A stretch of DNA of 61,282 nt, filler included, from Dimargaris cristalligena (lineage: Eukaryota), in assembly GCA_003614675.1 (NCBI GenBank). It is 5 parts of 5 records of this genome, joined end to end, with 100 filler letters (N's around TTAATTAATTAA, not from the genome) between each part and the next. Parts side by side here need not be neighbours in the genome. Positions count along the whole stretch, not along the records: positions 49,151 to 61,282 come from ML003050.1; 4 more parts are not named here. One strand, written 5' to 3'. Shown here in pieces: positions 51,190 to 61,282 of the stretch. Made by a program: the position numbers and the translations under genes. Each line of letters starts with the position of its first letter. Position 1 is the stretch's first letter. The notes below the pieces were generated by a model, which was not told where the DNA came from, did not search any database, and saw nothing but the letters and a program-made list of their open reading frames with translations.

Positions 51190-52149
51190 CTAGTATGATT
51201 TATAAGCAAGTACATTTCTAGGTAAAGAGAAACCAAAATCAGAACCTACTTTATCGGGTATATCTCCGGATGTAGGTACTTTATGATAGAATACAATAAC
51301 GTCATCGTCGTCATCGTCATCATCGTCGTCGTCGTATTCGTCCTCGATATCCAAATTCTCCTGAACAAATTCCTCTTTTTTAGGATATCCGTTTTTCATA
51401 TAGTTTAAAGGCTGAATCTCATATCACTTCGCCGGAGAGGGGGCTGGGGGAGCAGTGGGGGGATGAATGCGCGCGAGCTCTTCGGCCTCATTGATTTCCT
51501 TATAGAGAATCCCATCCACAACGACATATCCATTTCCCAGAAATTCTACAACAGGTAATTCGGGTGTTGTATTTACCAAGTCTTCAACACGATTGGGATA
51601 GGAAAATTCGACCATTTCCGTCGTACGAGGATCTGGACTGGAATTAGCGGCCGTGTCTTGAGTCACGCTTCCAACACTATCTTGAGGGCCCTTTTCGACA
51701 TGGTCTTCACTCCGATGATTGTTCCCGGTTAGGTCCTCAATATTAATATCACCGCCGCCATCGTCATTAAAGTTATCGAGCACCTCCATTTCTAATTCAT
51801 CAGCATAGTTGTGGCGATCGTCATGAAACGTACCGAGTACCTCCATTTCCAATTCATCAGCACGATTGACATTAGAACCGTCGGTTATTTCCGTCGTACG
51901 GGGCTCTAGACCGACATTGGTAGCCCCGTATTGAGCCATTCCGCCGTTACGGCCTTCAGGAGCCGGATCCTGCCAGCCCTCCTCGTCAAGGTGATCGGAT
52001 GCATCGAAAAACTCGGTATCATCACCCCAGTCAGTATTCAGCATTAATTCTGAAGGGGGGCGGCCTAGGCTGACTGGTTGGGGGCGACATGCAGCATAAA
52101 GAGCCATGGATAGGCTCAGTACCGGCACCGAAACAAGCGAGGGTCTCAT
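51190..52149 (-). pseudogene. Secreted acidic protein gene with in-frame TGA at 51426-51424 (or an intact 241-aa CDS ending there)
   Basis: Signal peptide MRPSLVSVPVLSLSMALYAAC; the frame continues PAK*YEIQPLNYMKNGYPKKEEF into a poly-Asp tract. Confidence 0.6.
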
Positions 52150-53411
52150 GGTGGACGGGTTGGAATCAAAGGGAGTGGATATTGGGCGGGCGAAGAAAAA
52201 AAGAACTGGCGATAGGCCTCGGTAATTTGGTAGCTATGGTTAGCAAAGACACTCTGCGGTAGACAGAATGTGGTATTAGACACAAAATAGGGCGTTGTGT
52301 TAAAAATTTAATTGATAAAAAAAGGGGGGATGGGCGTCTTTATATATTCAACCGGGATGTCAGTTGATTAGCTGAGTACTCAAAGCCCACTTTCCACCCG
52401 CCTAGAGACGGTAGACGGCAAACGGCAAACGGGGGCACTCGCCCTACAGAGGCTGGTTGTGGTGCGGCCACTCGAGACCAACCACATTAGAGGCAACGAC
52501 ATTTGTATCCCCGGACCAGCGGACTGTGTCGTTGAGGATATTCATTTTTAGGCCCATCAGGCACCCTGTTGTTTCTTTTTACCTTTGGTATCATTTTCCA
52601 GGTGCATCTATGGGGCCGGGGACTGCACCCCGTGCCTTAGGAAGCCTTGTTTATCACCAAGGCCTACCATGGTCCCATTCATTGGTGGTACAAAGGACGC
52701 ACTGCGAATTGGCCATTGTTCAAGACCACATTTAAAAGGCTTGATAAAGCTGCCCTTTGAGGGCTCAAAGGTGGATCCCGCACCCGACTTGGATTCACCG
52801 AATGGCTGGGTGCAGGGAAAGAGGGTCCGTGGCTCGATTATCAACCCTTTTTCCTAACCACGCAGCAGCCAATAACTGTGCAAGACCATTGACCAACCAT
52901 ATCAAGGGGTGCATTCCGAGTGTAATCCTCCTTTCCCCCCAAACAAGGCGAAATTTGTTTGTGTTCACATTTAGAGTGCAACACTGTCCTTGGACTTACA
53001 CAGCCCAAATACTGCCCATGCATTATGAAATCTGGCTCTTTTATGGTATTGGTGGCAGTCCATCCCTCTTTCACCTTGGATGTACAATCAAGGAGGTTTG
53101 TATAACCCAGTCTCTTTCATTTCCCTTCTGCTAGGTAGCAAGTGTCTTCCAGCAACAGCTTTTTGGTGGGGAGGTTGTATATTGTACAGTTGTTAGTAGC
53201 CAGTCACTAGGTCTAACCAAAGTATTTGCTGTCTCTCCCCATAAAAACCACTATCCACAAATTGTAAATCTATACTAAGCCTTAATGCAATAAGTAGAAA
53301 GTCCATGTAATTTGAAATCAACCAATACCTTAAATTGGGATTTAATATTTTTATAGATGACTGGCCTTCTCTGGGAACCACTGTCCTTAGATTCTGGCAG
53401 CCTACCATATC

Positions 53412-53608
53412 TGTCACCTGGGTTAACCACTCTTAGTCTATCAAGAGTCCTGAGGATAGGCTTCTAATAGTAGGCAGTGCTTAGATATAGCCAAGTGGGC
53501 TACTAGCATCAGGTATAGGGTATAATACTAACTAATAAAGGCTAACTAGCAGGGATAGGTAAGGGATCTACAGTGGGCACACTTACTAATCAGTATAGGG
53601 GGAGTGAG
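53412..53608 (-). mobile_element. Truncated LTR copy
   Basis: Starts TGTCACCTGGGTTAACCACTCTTAG; interrupted by a second copy. Confidence 0.8.
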
Positions 53609-53897
53609 TGTCACCTGTGTTAACCACTCTTAGTCCATCAAGAGTCCTAAGAATAGGCCTCTAATGGTGGATAAGGCTTGGGCTTGGCCAAGTGGGTCAC
53701 TAGTATTAGGTACAGATATGGCACTAACTAATAAAGGCTAAGTGCAGGTATAGGCAAGGGATATGCAGTAGGCATACTTACTAGTCAGTATAAGGGGGAT
53801 GAGTATATATAGGGTTTATTAGGGGTAAACTAGGGGTAGGAAATAAGCTGAAGAATCTAACTAGTCCCAATGGGGCCCAGTTATATATATGTGGGGT
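53609..53897 (-). mobile_element. Nested or tandem truncated LTR copy
   Basis: Starts TGTCACCTGTGTTAACCACTCTTAG; ends abruptly at the 55-bp duplicated segment. Confidence 0.8.
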
Positions 53898-55507
53898 GTA
53901 AAGACGTTATAATCGTGCAGATTATCTTTTGATAGATATTGACTATTAAATGTAAATGCATACCACCTGAAATAGTATCTGTTGTGCTTAATATTCGATG
54001 TGATTTAAGCCAGCATGTCGTTAAGGACTAGGCACCAGCATTGCCTAGTTCCATCAATGAGGTGCGGGAATTCTCCCTTGTCGACGGATCACCTTACTTC
54101 AACCATTCCCACCACCCTATTCATCTACTACATATACCCGCCCATTATTACCTAACATTCATATTACCATCTAGTAGCGTCTTCCAGCACGTTCTGCGCT
54201 TGTTCAGCGCGGTTATCCTCAGCCTGCTCAGCTTTATAAAGCGGATACAATTCTTATAGCTGATTCTTAAGTTAATTGGAGTGCATTCCATACCCCCTTT
54301 TATTAGCTAACTCAACCTATCACAATCTCTCATATGTGCTACATATAAAGCGCCCTTCGTACCACCTATTTGTATGTTCATTCTTACTACTCATGCTAGG
54401 CATATGCTTTTAGTCACCCGCGGGAGTATTACATACGACAGTGTCAGCGGGCGAACGATCTTACCTTAGAGGCATATGTCAACATTTTATGACTTATCTT
54501 AGCACATGTATACTGATAAATGCACGGGTTGAAATCAGGCCCGAGTTGAGGGGTCCAACCATTTTGTACTATAATACATCTGCGCCAAACTTAAATCACC
54601 TCTTTCACTAATATTTAGGCTGGCGGCTGGCGCCTCTGCTAGTCTTTCGAAAGATCATACTGATTACATTGAAGAGAGAAACAGTTCAATTTTTTGTAAA
54701 GAGGATACTGCTATAATAAAAAAGGGCAGGGCTTCTGGTCGCCCTTAAAGGGTTCTAGGCAGGGACAAGTCTACTCTGTCGACCCTGACATTAATAAATC
54801 AGTCAATCAGTATGGTCTATGCTTTTGGTTGGCTATGGTATAGGGCGAGGGGTTTTGCCAGCCGCCTTGGTTGTAAGGATCAGGTCTGGTCGAAAGGCGG
54901 TATTTCAATTCAGTCAACGTGCATCCCGACCTGAGGTGTATTCCACCAAGGGTCTGCCGGTGAATGTGAGTCCATCAACTCCTATTTGTTACAACTAAAT
55001 GTGTTAATATATTATAACACACCCCTGGTCGGATATGCTCCTCGCCAAAATGGGTGGACGTAAGGCGTCAAAACAAGTAGGCGGTATGTTTCCCTTCCGA
55101 CCCCAACCTATTCCCAATCATTGGTTGCAATCGCACGAATTCTATAAGGCTTAGCGTGGCGAGAGTATCTCGTATACTGTAGAGGGGATATCAGTTTTCA
55201 TACAGGGGTATCTAAACTGATGGACTCTCAAAACTACCGATTGACCGTCGTAGGCAAGTCTAGGTGCCCCAAAAATAACTTGCCCATATAGTCAGTACGA
55301 CCAATACTATTTGGTGGCTGCATTCCTCTACTAGTTTCCAGTACTATAGGATTGTCCTGGCGATGGTCCCTGAATTTGGCCTTAGCAGTATCTGAGACTG
55401 CCACCAGGGGCTGCTCCTCCTACAGGCATCCGAACTAGTACCGTACTATGCAACAGCTCCATTGGCGAGCTTGTTAATTTCGATCCCTTCTACCACAGAT
55501 GAAGCCG

Positions 55508-55514
55508 TATAAAA
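55508..55514 (+). promoter_or_regulatory. TATA box of peptide gene 1
   Basis: TATAAAA ~150 nt upstream of the ATG at 55661. Confidence 0.5.
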
Positions 55515-55660
55515 GGCGGACCCACCTCCCTCCATTTTTTAAATATTATTAGTATTACCACCACTTCCATCAGCTTAACCACTGCCAGCCCCACCCGTTC
55601 TTCTCGTTAGTTCGATAACCACCCTACACCCTCAACCCACTACCACTACACCCTATCAAT

Positions 55661-55957
55661 ATGCGTTTTTCCACCGCCATCGCTCTCTTCGGCCTTGCCG
55701 TTATTGCTTCTTCCGTGATCGCCGGCCCCGCTGATGCCGAAAACGGTATGGCTTCCCTCGAAGACGATGATATGGAAAATGTTGGCCTGCTCGAAGGCCC
55801 CCTTATTGGCAAACGCGACTTCCAGCAGACCAAGGAGAAGTCCGGTATGATTGGTCTCCCCATTATTTTCGGCGCCAAGGGCCAGAAGACTTGGTTGCAA
55901 CGCCCTGGTCAGGTCAAGGGTCATCGTCATGGCAAGGGATACGGCCGAAAATACTGA
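55661..55957 (+). CDS. Small secreted prepro-peptide 1 (98 aa)
   Basis: Signal peptide, acidic pro-region, KR, then a 46-aa cationic peptide; C-ending codon bias; AATAAA at 56051. Confidence 0.85.
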   Translation: MRFSTAIALFGLAVIASSVIAGPADAENGMASLEDDDMENVGLLEGPLIGKRDFQQTKEKSGMIGLPIIFGAKGQKTWLQRPGQVKGHRHGKGYGRKY

Positions 55958-57018
55958 TTTTCCTTCTAGTTTCAATCGCCATTATTAGGACATAACTTGT
56001 CGTAAAGAGTACCAATGAAATATTCAGCCACCTATACCTAACTCGATTAGAATAAAATAATTGATATATTCCAAAATGGCCTCTTCTATGTTACTAGTTA
56101 GATCGGGCGTTGATTATGAGGTCTAGCTGACATTACGATTTCAAGACGGCACGACTAACGGCGTTGCTTATGGAATAGCACTATGAACGAAAACAATAAC
56201 CTATTACGTTTTAGTGTATTATAGTGCACTCTAAAATTACGAAACAACTAATTTTATGAGCTCTAAGGGCTGCGTGGCTTTATGCGCCCAGTCAATTTTG
56301 AACTCGTGGTATTTGCCCATGGCTCTAATGCAAAAACTGCTTAACTCCTCCCCGGAATTTACAGTGACACATCATTTGGCTAGTCTCTTGGCGAGTATTT
56401 CGTTATTTCCGGAGTTGATGTAGACCCCAGTACACAAGCTAAATAAATAAATAAAAATAGCGCTTACACAAGGAGCTCAATGCTAGATCATCGCATCGAA
56501 TTTGCCAGGGCCGATTTTAATGCAGAATTGCACAGTTTAGGCTACACTACCTATTTTTTTTCCATGCCCGAACTAGAAATTTCCACAAAAACCGGTTGCG
56601 TATTTAATCGAGTGTTAGCAATGGCACGTTCCGAATAGATAATAAAGATAGGACCGGTATCGCCCCTGCTATTATTTACAGCCCCTGTCTATTGTACCGG
56701 ACTCTGTTTTGCTTATATAATGGCACGGAAAAAAGATAAAGGTGAACCCATGGGGCACTGAGATAGCTATCGGATCCCAATCTGACATACCATGTCAATT
56801 AAAATAGTACTCTATCCATCGTCGCTAAAACCAATGCTGTATTTCCGTAAGATGCCCATTACCAACGCTGTTTTAGGCCAAAAATAGCTGTACCTTTTGG
56901 TGTCAGCTTGGGTATATTTCTAGCACTCTTTAGTTTCCTGGGCTTAGTTGTAATTGTAAACTTAAAAAAGGCGGGCAAATAAAGGACGACCTTTTTGAAA
57001 TACGGTCCTCTTAATTCG

Positions 57019-57026
57019 TATAAATA
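57019..57026 (+). promoter_or_regulatory. TATA box of peptide gene 2
   Basis: TATAAATA 150 nt upstream of the ATG at 57169. Confidence 0.5.
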
Positions 57027-57168
57027 GTTGATCTCGGTCTATCAATCTTCTATCCATATCCTTCCACTTCACTTCTCTGCACCAGCATTCTATCTCCACC
57101 GCTACCGGTACTTTTACACCCCGTACCCAACCGAACTTTCCTCGACAACCTTGCGATACCGCTACACC

Positions 57169-57447
57169 ATGCGTTTCTCTACCACTCTAGCCCTCGTTGC
57201 TCTGGCTGCCTTCGTTAGCCACGCGAATGCTGCCCCCTCTCCTGCCACCGGTGCAGAGGCTGAGGCCCAAATGGACGACGGCGAACCCGGGGTGATCGAC
57301 TTCGGCGACTCCGACGGCCTGTTCAAGCGCGATTTCCAACAAACCAAGGAAAAGTGGGGCTGGTTCGGCATTCCGATTGTTTTCCATTTCGGTAGCAAAA
57401 GGACCTGGTTGGACTCGAATTCCGGCTATGACCACCATTATTACTAA
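57169..57447 (+). CDS. Small secreted prepro-peptide 2 (92 aa), paralogue of 55661..55957
   Basis: MRFSTTLALVALAAFVSHANA signal, acidic spacer, KR-DFQQTKEK core; AATAAA at 57526. Confidence 0.85.
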   Translation: MRFSTTLALVALAAFVSHANAAPSPATGAEAEAQMDDGEPGVIDFGDSDGLFKRDFQQTKEKWGWFGIPIVFHFGSKRTWLDSNSGYDHHYY

Positions 57448-58546
57448 TTTCGCCATACACTGGCACCCCAATGCCCATCACAGTGTGATGAAAGTCACGC
57501 GTATCTGAGCCTCTGATCCTATTTCAATAAATGGTTTATTAAAGTCTGTGCGCGAATCTGGTTTAAGGAACCCGTCCCGGCTATTTGCAATGGTTTAATA
57601 GACGAGGCACATGGATAAATTAGCCGAGTGCTGCCCGTTCATTAATCGGTCCATTTCGACTAACAATGGTTAATGGTTAAGGGAAAGGGGGGACCCACGC
57701 CCGGTGGCTCGACGGACAGACCCCATACGGGGCGGCGTCCGGAACTCTACCGGGCACGAATCCAGGTCCAAATATTATCCCAGATGGGGGCCATAGGCCC
57801 CCGCCGGGAATGTAAGTAAGCCAAAGAGGCACGGAACTCAATCCGCGCCCGGGGTGTGTATCCTTACTCGTTGGTTTTGGCAGGGAATCGATGGCCTTCC
57901 ACCCTTACCCTGGGATATAAATAAGAAGCAGCCAGTGGCCTTCCAATGGTAGCCTGCCGCCCTAATGGAGTTGTGGGACTTGGGAATATTGTGGGATTCT
58001 AGCCCAGAGGGAGAATGCTTTACCTTAGTTATGTATAATATACATACTCGCTCTTTAAACGGTAGACTATAAGAAAGGACGGACTACACACCCTACTTAA
58101 CATGCTACTGGTATTTGGGAATGGGAGGTATTTAATATGGCAGTTGCCCTGCTTTCTACTCGGGGGAACCCTGTAACGGCGCCCCTTTTAGGAAAATACG
58201 TGGGCGTGAATACTACGGATACTAATAAGAACCCCCCATGGATGAAGTCCGACAACCCTCGCCTGCCTGAGTCAGCCATATCCGCCAAACCTAGTCCCAG
58301 CGTCACCCAAGGAGCCCTGCAGAGTAGACTTGGCCCATCTGTTCTAAACACTGGCACATTGAGGACCTTGGCCGCTCGCCTCCTCTTCATCTCCGCCCCC
58401 TTTACATTCCAACTTTGGGCCCTCTAATTCCTTAATTCACTTCTTCCTCTTCTCTTCTCCTTAGCTCCTCCGCCCTACCTTCTCCATCTGACTCGTTTGG
58501 CCATCTATTACCACCCCACCCCCTTTATCTCTTCACACTACTTGCC

Positions 58547-59854
58547 ATGGCGTCGGCCATTTTCATACTGGATCTTAAGGGCAAGAGCCTCATTGCCCGG
58601 GACTACCGAGGCGATGTCCCCATGAGTGCCGTCGAGCGCTTTATGCCCCTCCTGCTCGAGCGCGAGGAGGAGGAGCAAACCGCCATCCCGGTCATGACCG
58701 ACAAGGGCATCAACTACCTGCACGTCCGCCACAACAATCTCTACCTGCTGGCCCTGAGCCGCAAGAATTCCAACGCCATGACCATTTTGCTTTTCCTCCA
58801 GAAACTCACCGAAGTCTTCGCCGAATACTTCAAGGTACTGGAGGAAGAGTCGATTCGGGACAACTTTGTCATCATTTACGAGCTGCTCGACGAAATGATG
58901 GATTACGGCCACCCCCAGACCACCGAAAGCAAGATTCTGCAGGAATACATTACCCAGGAAAGCCACAAATTGGAAGTCCAGGTGCGACCGCCCATGGCCG
59001 TGACCAACGCCGTGTCGTGGCGGTCCGAAGGGGTCAAGTACCGTAAGAACGAGGTGTTCCTAGACGTGATCGAGTCGGTGAACTTGCTGGTCAGTTCCAA
59101 CGGCAACGTCCTCCGCAGCGAAATTCTGGGCGCCATCAAAATGAAGTGTTACTTGAGTGGCATGCCCGAACTGCGGCTGGGTCTGAACGACAAGGTGATG
59201 TTCGAAAACACCGGGCGCTCCGCCACCCGAACTAAAGCCGTCGAGATGGAGGACATCAAATTCCACCAGTGCGTGCGCCTCTCCCGGTTCGAAAATGACC
59301 GGACCATCTCGTTTATCCCCCCCGATGGTGAATTCGAACTCATGAGCTACCGGCTCAACACCCAGGTCAAACCCCTGGTGTGGTGCGAAACGGTGGTCGA
59401 GACCCATACGGGGCGGATCGAGTACATGATCAAGGCCAAGGCCCAGTTCAAACGGCGATCCACCGCCAATAACGTGGAAATCCAAGTACCCGTGCCCGAT
59501 GACGTGGACACCCCCCGCTTCAAGTGCAGCATCGGGGCCGTGGCCTACGCCCCCGAACGCTCCGCCCTGGTGTGGAAAATCCGGCAGTTTCCCGGGGGTA
59601 AAGAAGCCCTGCTCCGGGCCCACTTTGGCCTGCCCAGCATCAAGAACGAAGACCCCGAAAAGCGACCCCCCATCTCCGTCAAGTTCGAAATTCCCTACTT
59701 CACCGTGTCCGGGATTCAGGTTCGCTACCTCAAGATTGTTGAAAAATCGGGCTACCAGGCCCTGCCGTGGGTCCGGTACATTACGCAGAATGGCGACTAC
59801 CATATGCGGATGCCCGATAGTATCAAATCGAACTCCCGTCTGCCACCTATTTAG
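58547..59854 (+). CDS. APM1: AP-1 clathrin adaptor complex mu subunit (435 aa)
   Basis: MASAIFILDLKGK, EESIRDNFVIIYELLDEMMD, YLSGMPELRLGLNDK, KFHQCVRL, FIPPDGEFELM, YQALPWVRY. Confidence 0.96.
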   Translation: MASAIFILDLKGKSLIARDYRGDVPMSAVERFMPLLLEREEEEQTAIPVMTDKGINYLHVRHNNLYLLALSRKNSNAMTILLFLQKLTEVFAEYFKVLEEESIRDNFVIIYELLDEMMDYGHPQTTESKILQEYITQESHKLEVQVRPPMAVTNAVSWRSEGVKYRKNEVFLDVIESVNLLVSSNGNVLRSEILGAIKMKCYLSGMPELRLGLNDKVMFENTGRSATRTKAVEMEDIKFHQCVRLSRFENDRTISFIPPDGEFELMSYRLNTQVKPLVWCETVVETHTGRIEYMIKAKAQFKRRSTANNVEIQVPVPDDVDTPRFKCSIGAVAYAPERSALVWKIRQFPGGKEALLRAHFGLPSIKNEDPEKRPPISVKFEIPYFTVSGIQVRYLKIVEKSGYQALPWVRYITQNGDYHMRMPDSIKSNSRLPPI

Positions 59855-61282
59855 TATTCAGACACCCGTCGGGTTTTTTGGTACCCCTCTACCTCCCCAT
59901 TCTTTCATTCCCCCTCGCCCCACTCCCCCCACCGCCGCTCTTACTCGAATATCCGAATCTTATACGGGTCGCTTGGTCAGTGGTGAACCTCACCTACCAG
60001 GGGTCTGTGTTGGCCTTGGGTACAATGGGTCGTATAAATTAACATCATCTTATTCACGGGTGGGTGCAAGAATTATCAATGGATTTCTGAACGGTACATT
60101 TTTATCAGTAAACTTAAAGCTCCATTATCAAGTACTAAGTAATCCATCCTGAAACTGAATCAAAATGGTGTACCAACGCTGGGTCATATATACATTACTA
60201 GCTTCTTTTCGTAATTGTCTACGTTTAGGCTGAGACATGCAGACGGTCCCACTAAGGAATGACATGGGCCTTGCACCATACTCCTCCAATTAGCGGATGA
60301 TTTACTTGAAAGGTATACCTTTTATTTATTCATATATTCTAACAGGTTCGCCTTACTAGCGGAAATCAATCTAACTGGCTAAACCTATAACAGTTAGGGT
60401 AGATCGGGGCTTGGGGAATTGGCCAATTATGGATATTAGGGGTGAAATGTAACTAAAGGGTTGAAATGTCTTGGGGTGGAAATTCAAATATCGAATTATT
60501 GGATAAGACTACGCCGGTGATGGCTAAATGGCAATGATAGGCCATACTCAATTAAGCAGCGGGGGTGGGAGCTGGTGCTTGGGAGCGCTTGAGGATCCAG
60601 CCGACCCAGTGTTCAATAACCTCCTCCTTATTGGGCTCATTGTGCACTATTCGACGGTTCGATTTTCGGGTACAAGAATTTATTGAGGAAGTGTGGAAAG
60701 GTATCAGGAAAGAAATGTAAGTACTTGATTAGTTGGTGTATAGATCGGCCAAAGTAACCTTAAGGGGGATGGCATTTTTAATAGGCAGTCATATATAACT
60801 ACTGGTATTGAAGTAGTTTAAATCAGCATAGTACTTACGTTCATGTAGGCAATCGGGGTACCCCTTATACTCCTTATCCAGAGAAGCCGGCAATTGGTCG
60901 TGAAATTCCTTGGTAGTTTTGGCACTGGTTATAATTTAGCATAAAGGCGGGACAGGATAGATTAGTCTCCATAGGCTTGAATAATAAATCTAATTGGATT
61001 GGATGTCAGATCATTGTCCGTGGAGGAATGAGGAGTCACATGTTGGATTTAATGTAACGCTCCTTCGCTGTATTTACACAGCGCACCTATAGATTGGGTT
61101 ATTTTTACATAATACTTACTTGGTGGTGCGATCGATTTCACCATGGGTTAACAGCACGGGTGTAGTGACATGCCCCAGGCCTGCCTTGATCATAGCCGGA
61201 CCAACAGAAAACATGTCGCCAACTATTGTAAAGCGCAGTAAATTGGTCGGGGGGGGGGGGGGGGTACAAAACAGGGTTGTAA

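Noticed and set aside
13627-52149. Selenocysteine or an alternative genetic code to explain the in-frame TGAs
   Set aside because: The TGAs are not in redox/Cys motifs, TGA ends normal genes here (e.g. 17934, 55957), and TAA/TAG interruptions also occur.
57028-57168. Upstream extension of the 139-aa ORF
   Set aside because: TTG start immediately after the TATA box; the signal peptide and paralogy begin at the ATG at 57169.
1-61282. CRISPR arrays, rRNA, tRNA
   Set aside because: No regularly spaced repeats or recognisable rRNA/tRNA motifs seen by eye; tRNAscan-SE and barrnap were not run.

Overview
Eukaryotic, almost certainly fungal, scaffold segment with spliceosomal GT-AG introns and four 100-nt assembly gaps containing a TTAATTAATTAA linker. 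Gene content and style suggest an early-diverging fungus (Zoopagomycota/Dimargaris-like); this is inference only. Conserved genes: an OXLD1-type protein, a Spo71/Mug56-like PH protein, CCT-alpha (TCP1), an EEP/neutral sphingomyelinase-like enzyme, a rolling-stone/AIG1-like membrane protein, a Yox1-like homeodomain factor and the AP-1 mu subunit. These are interspersed with accessory material: F-box/LRR-like paralogues, several signal-peptide genes, about ten copies or fragments of a ~580-bp solo LTR, and a small MITE family. Three things stand out. (1) A tandem pair of small prepro-peptide genes (signal peptide, acidic pro-region, Kex2 KR, then a conserved DFQQTKEK..G.PI.F..TWL core). (2) Near-total CpG loss in the repeats, with C-to-T-explainable in-frame stops in nearby accessory genes, suggesting a RIP-like or methylation-driven genome defence. 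(3) Three long introns that look highly structured on the pre-mRNA strand.
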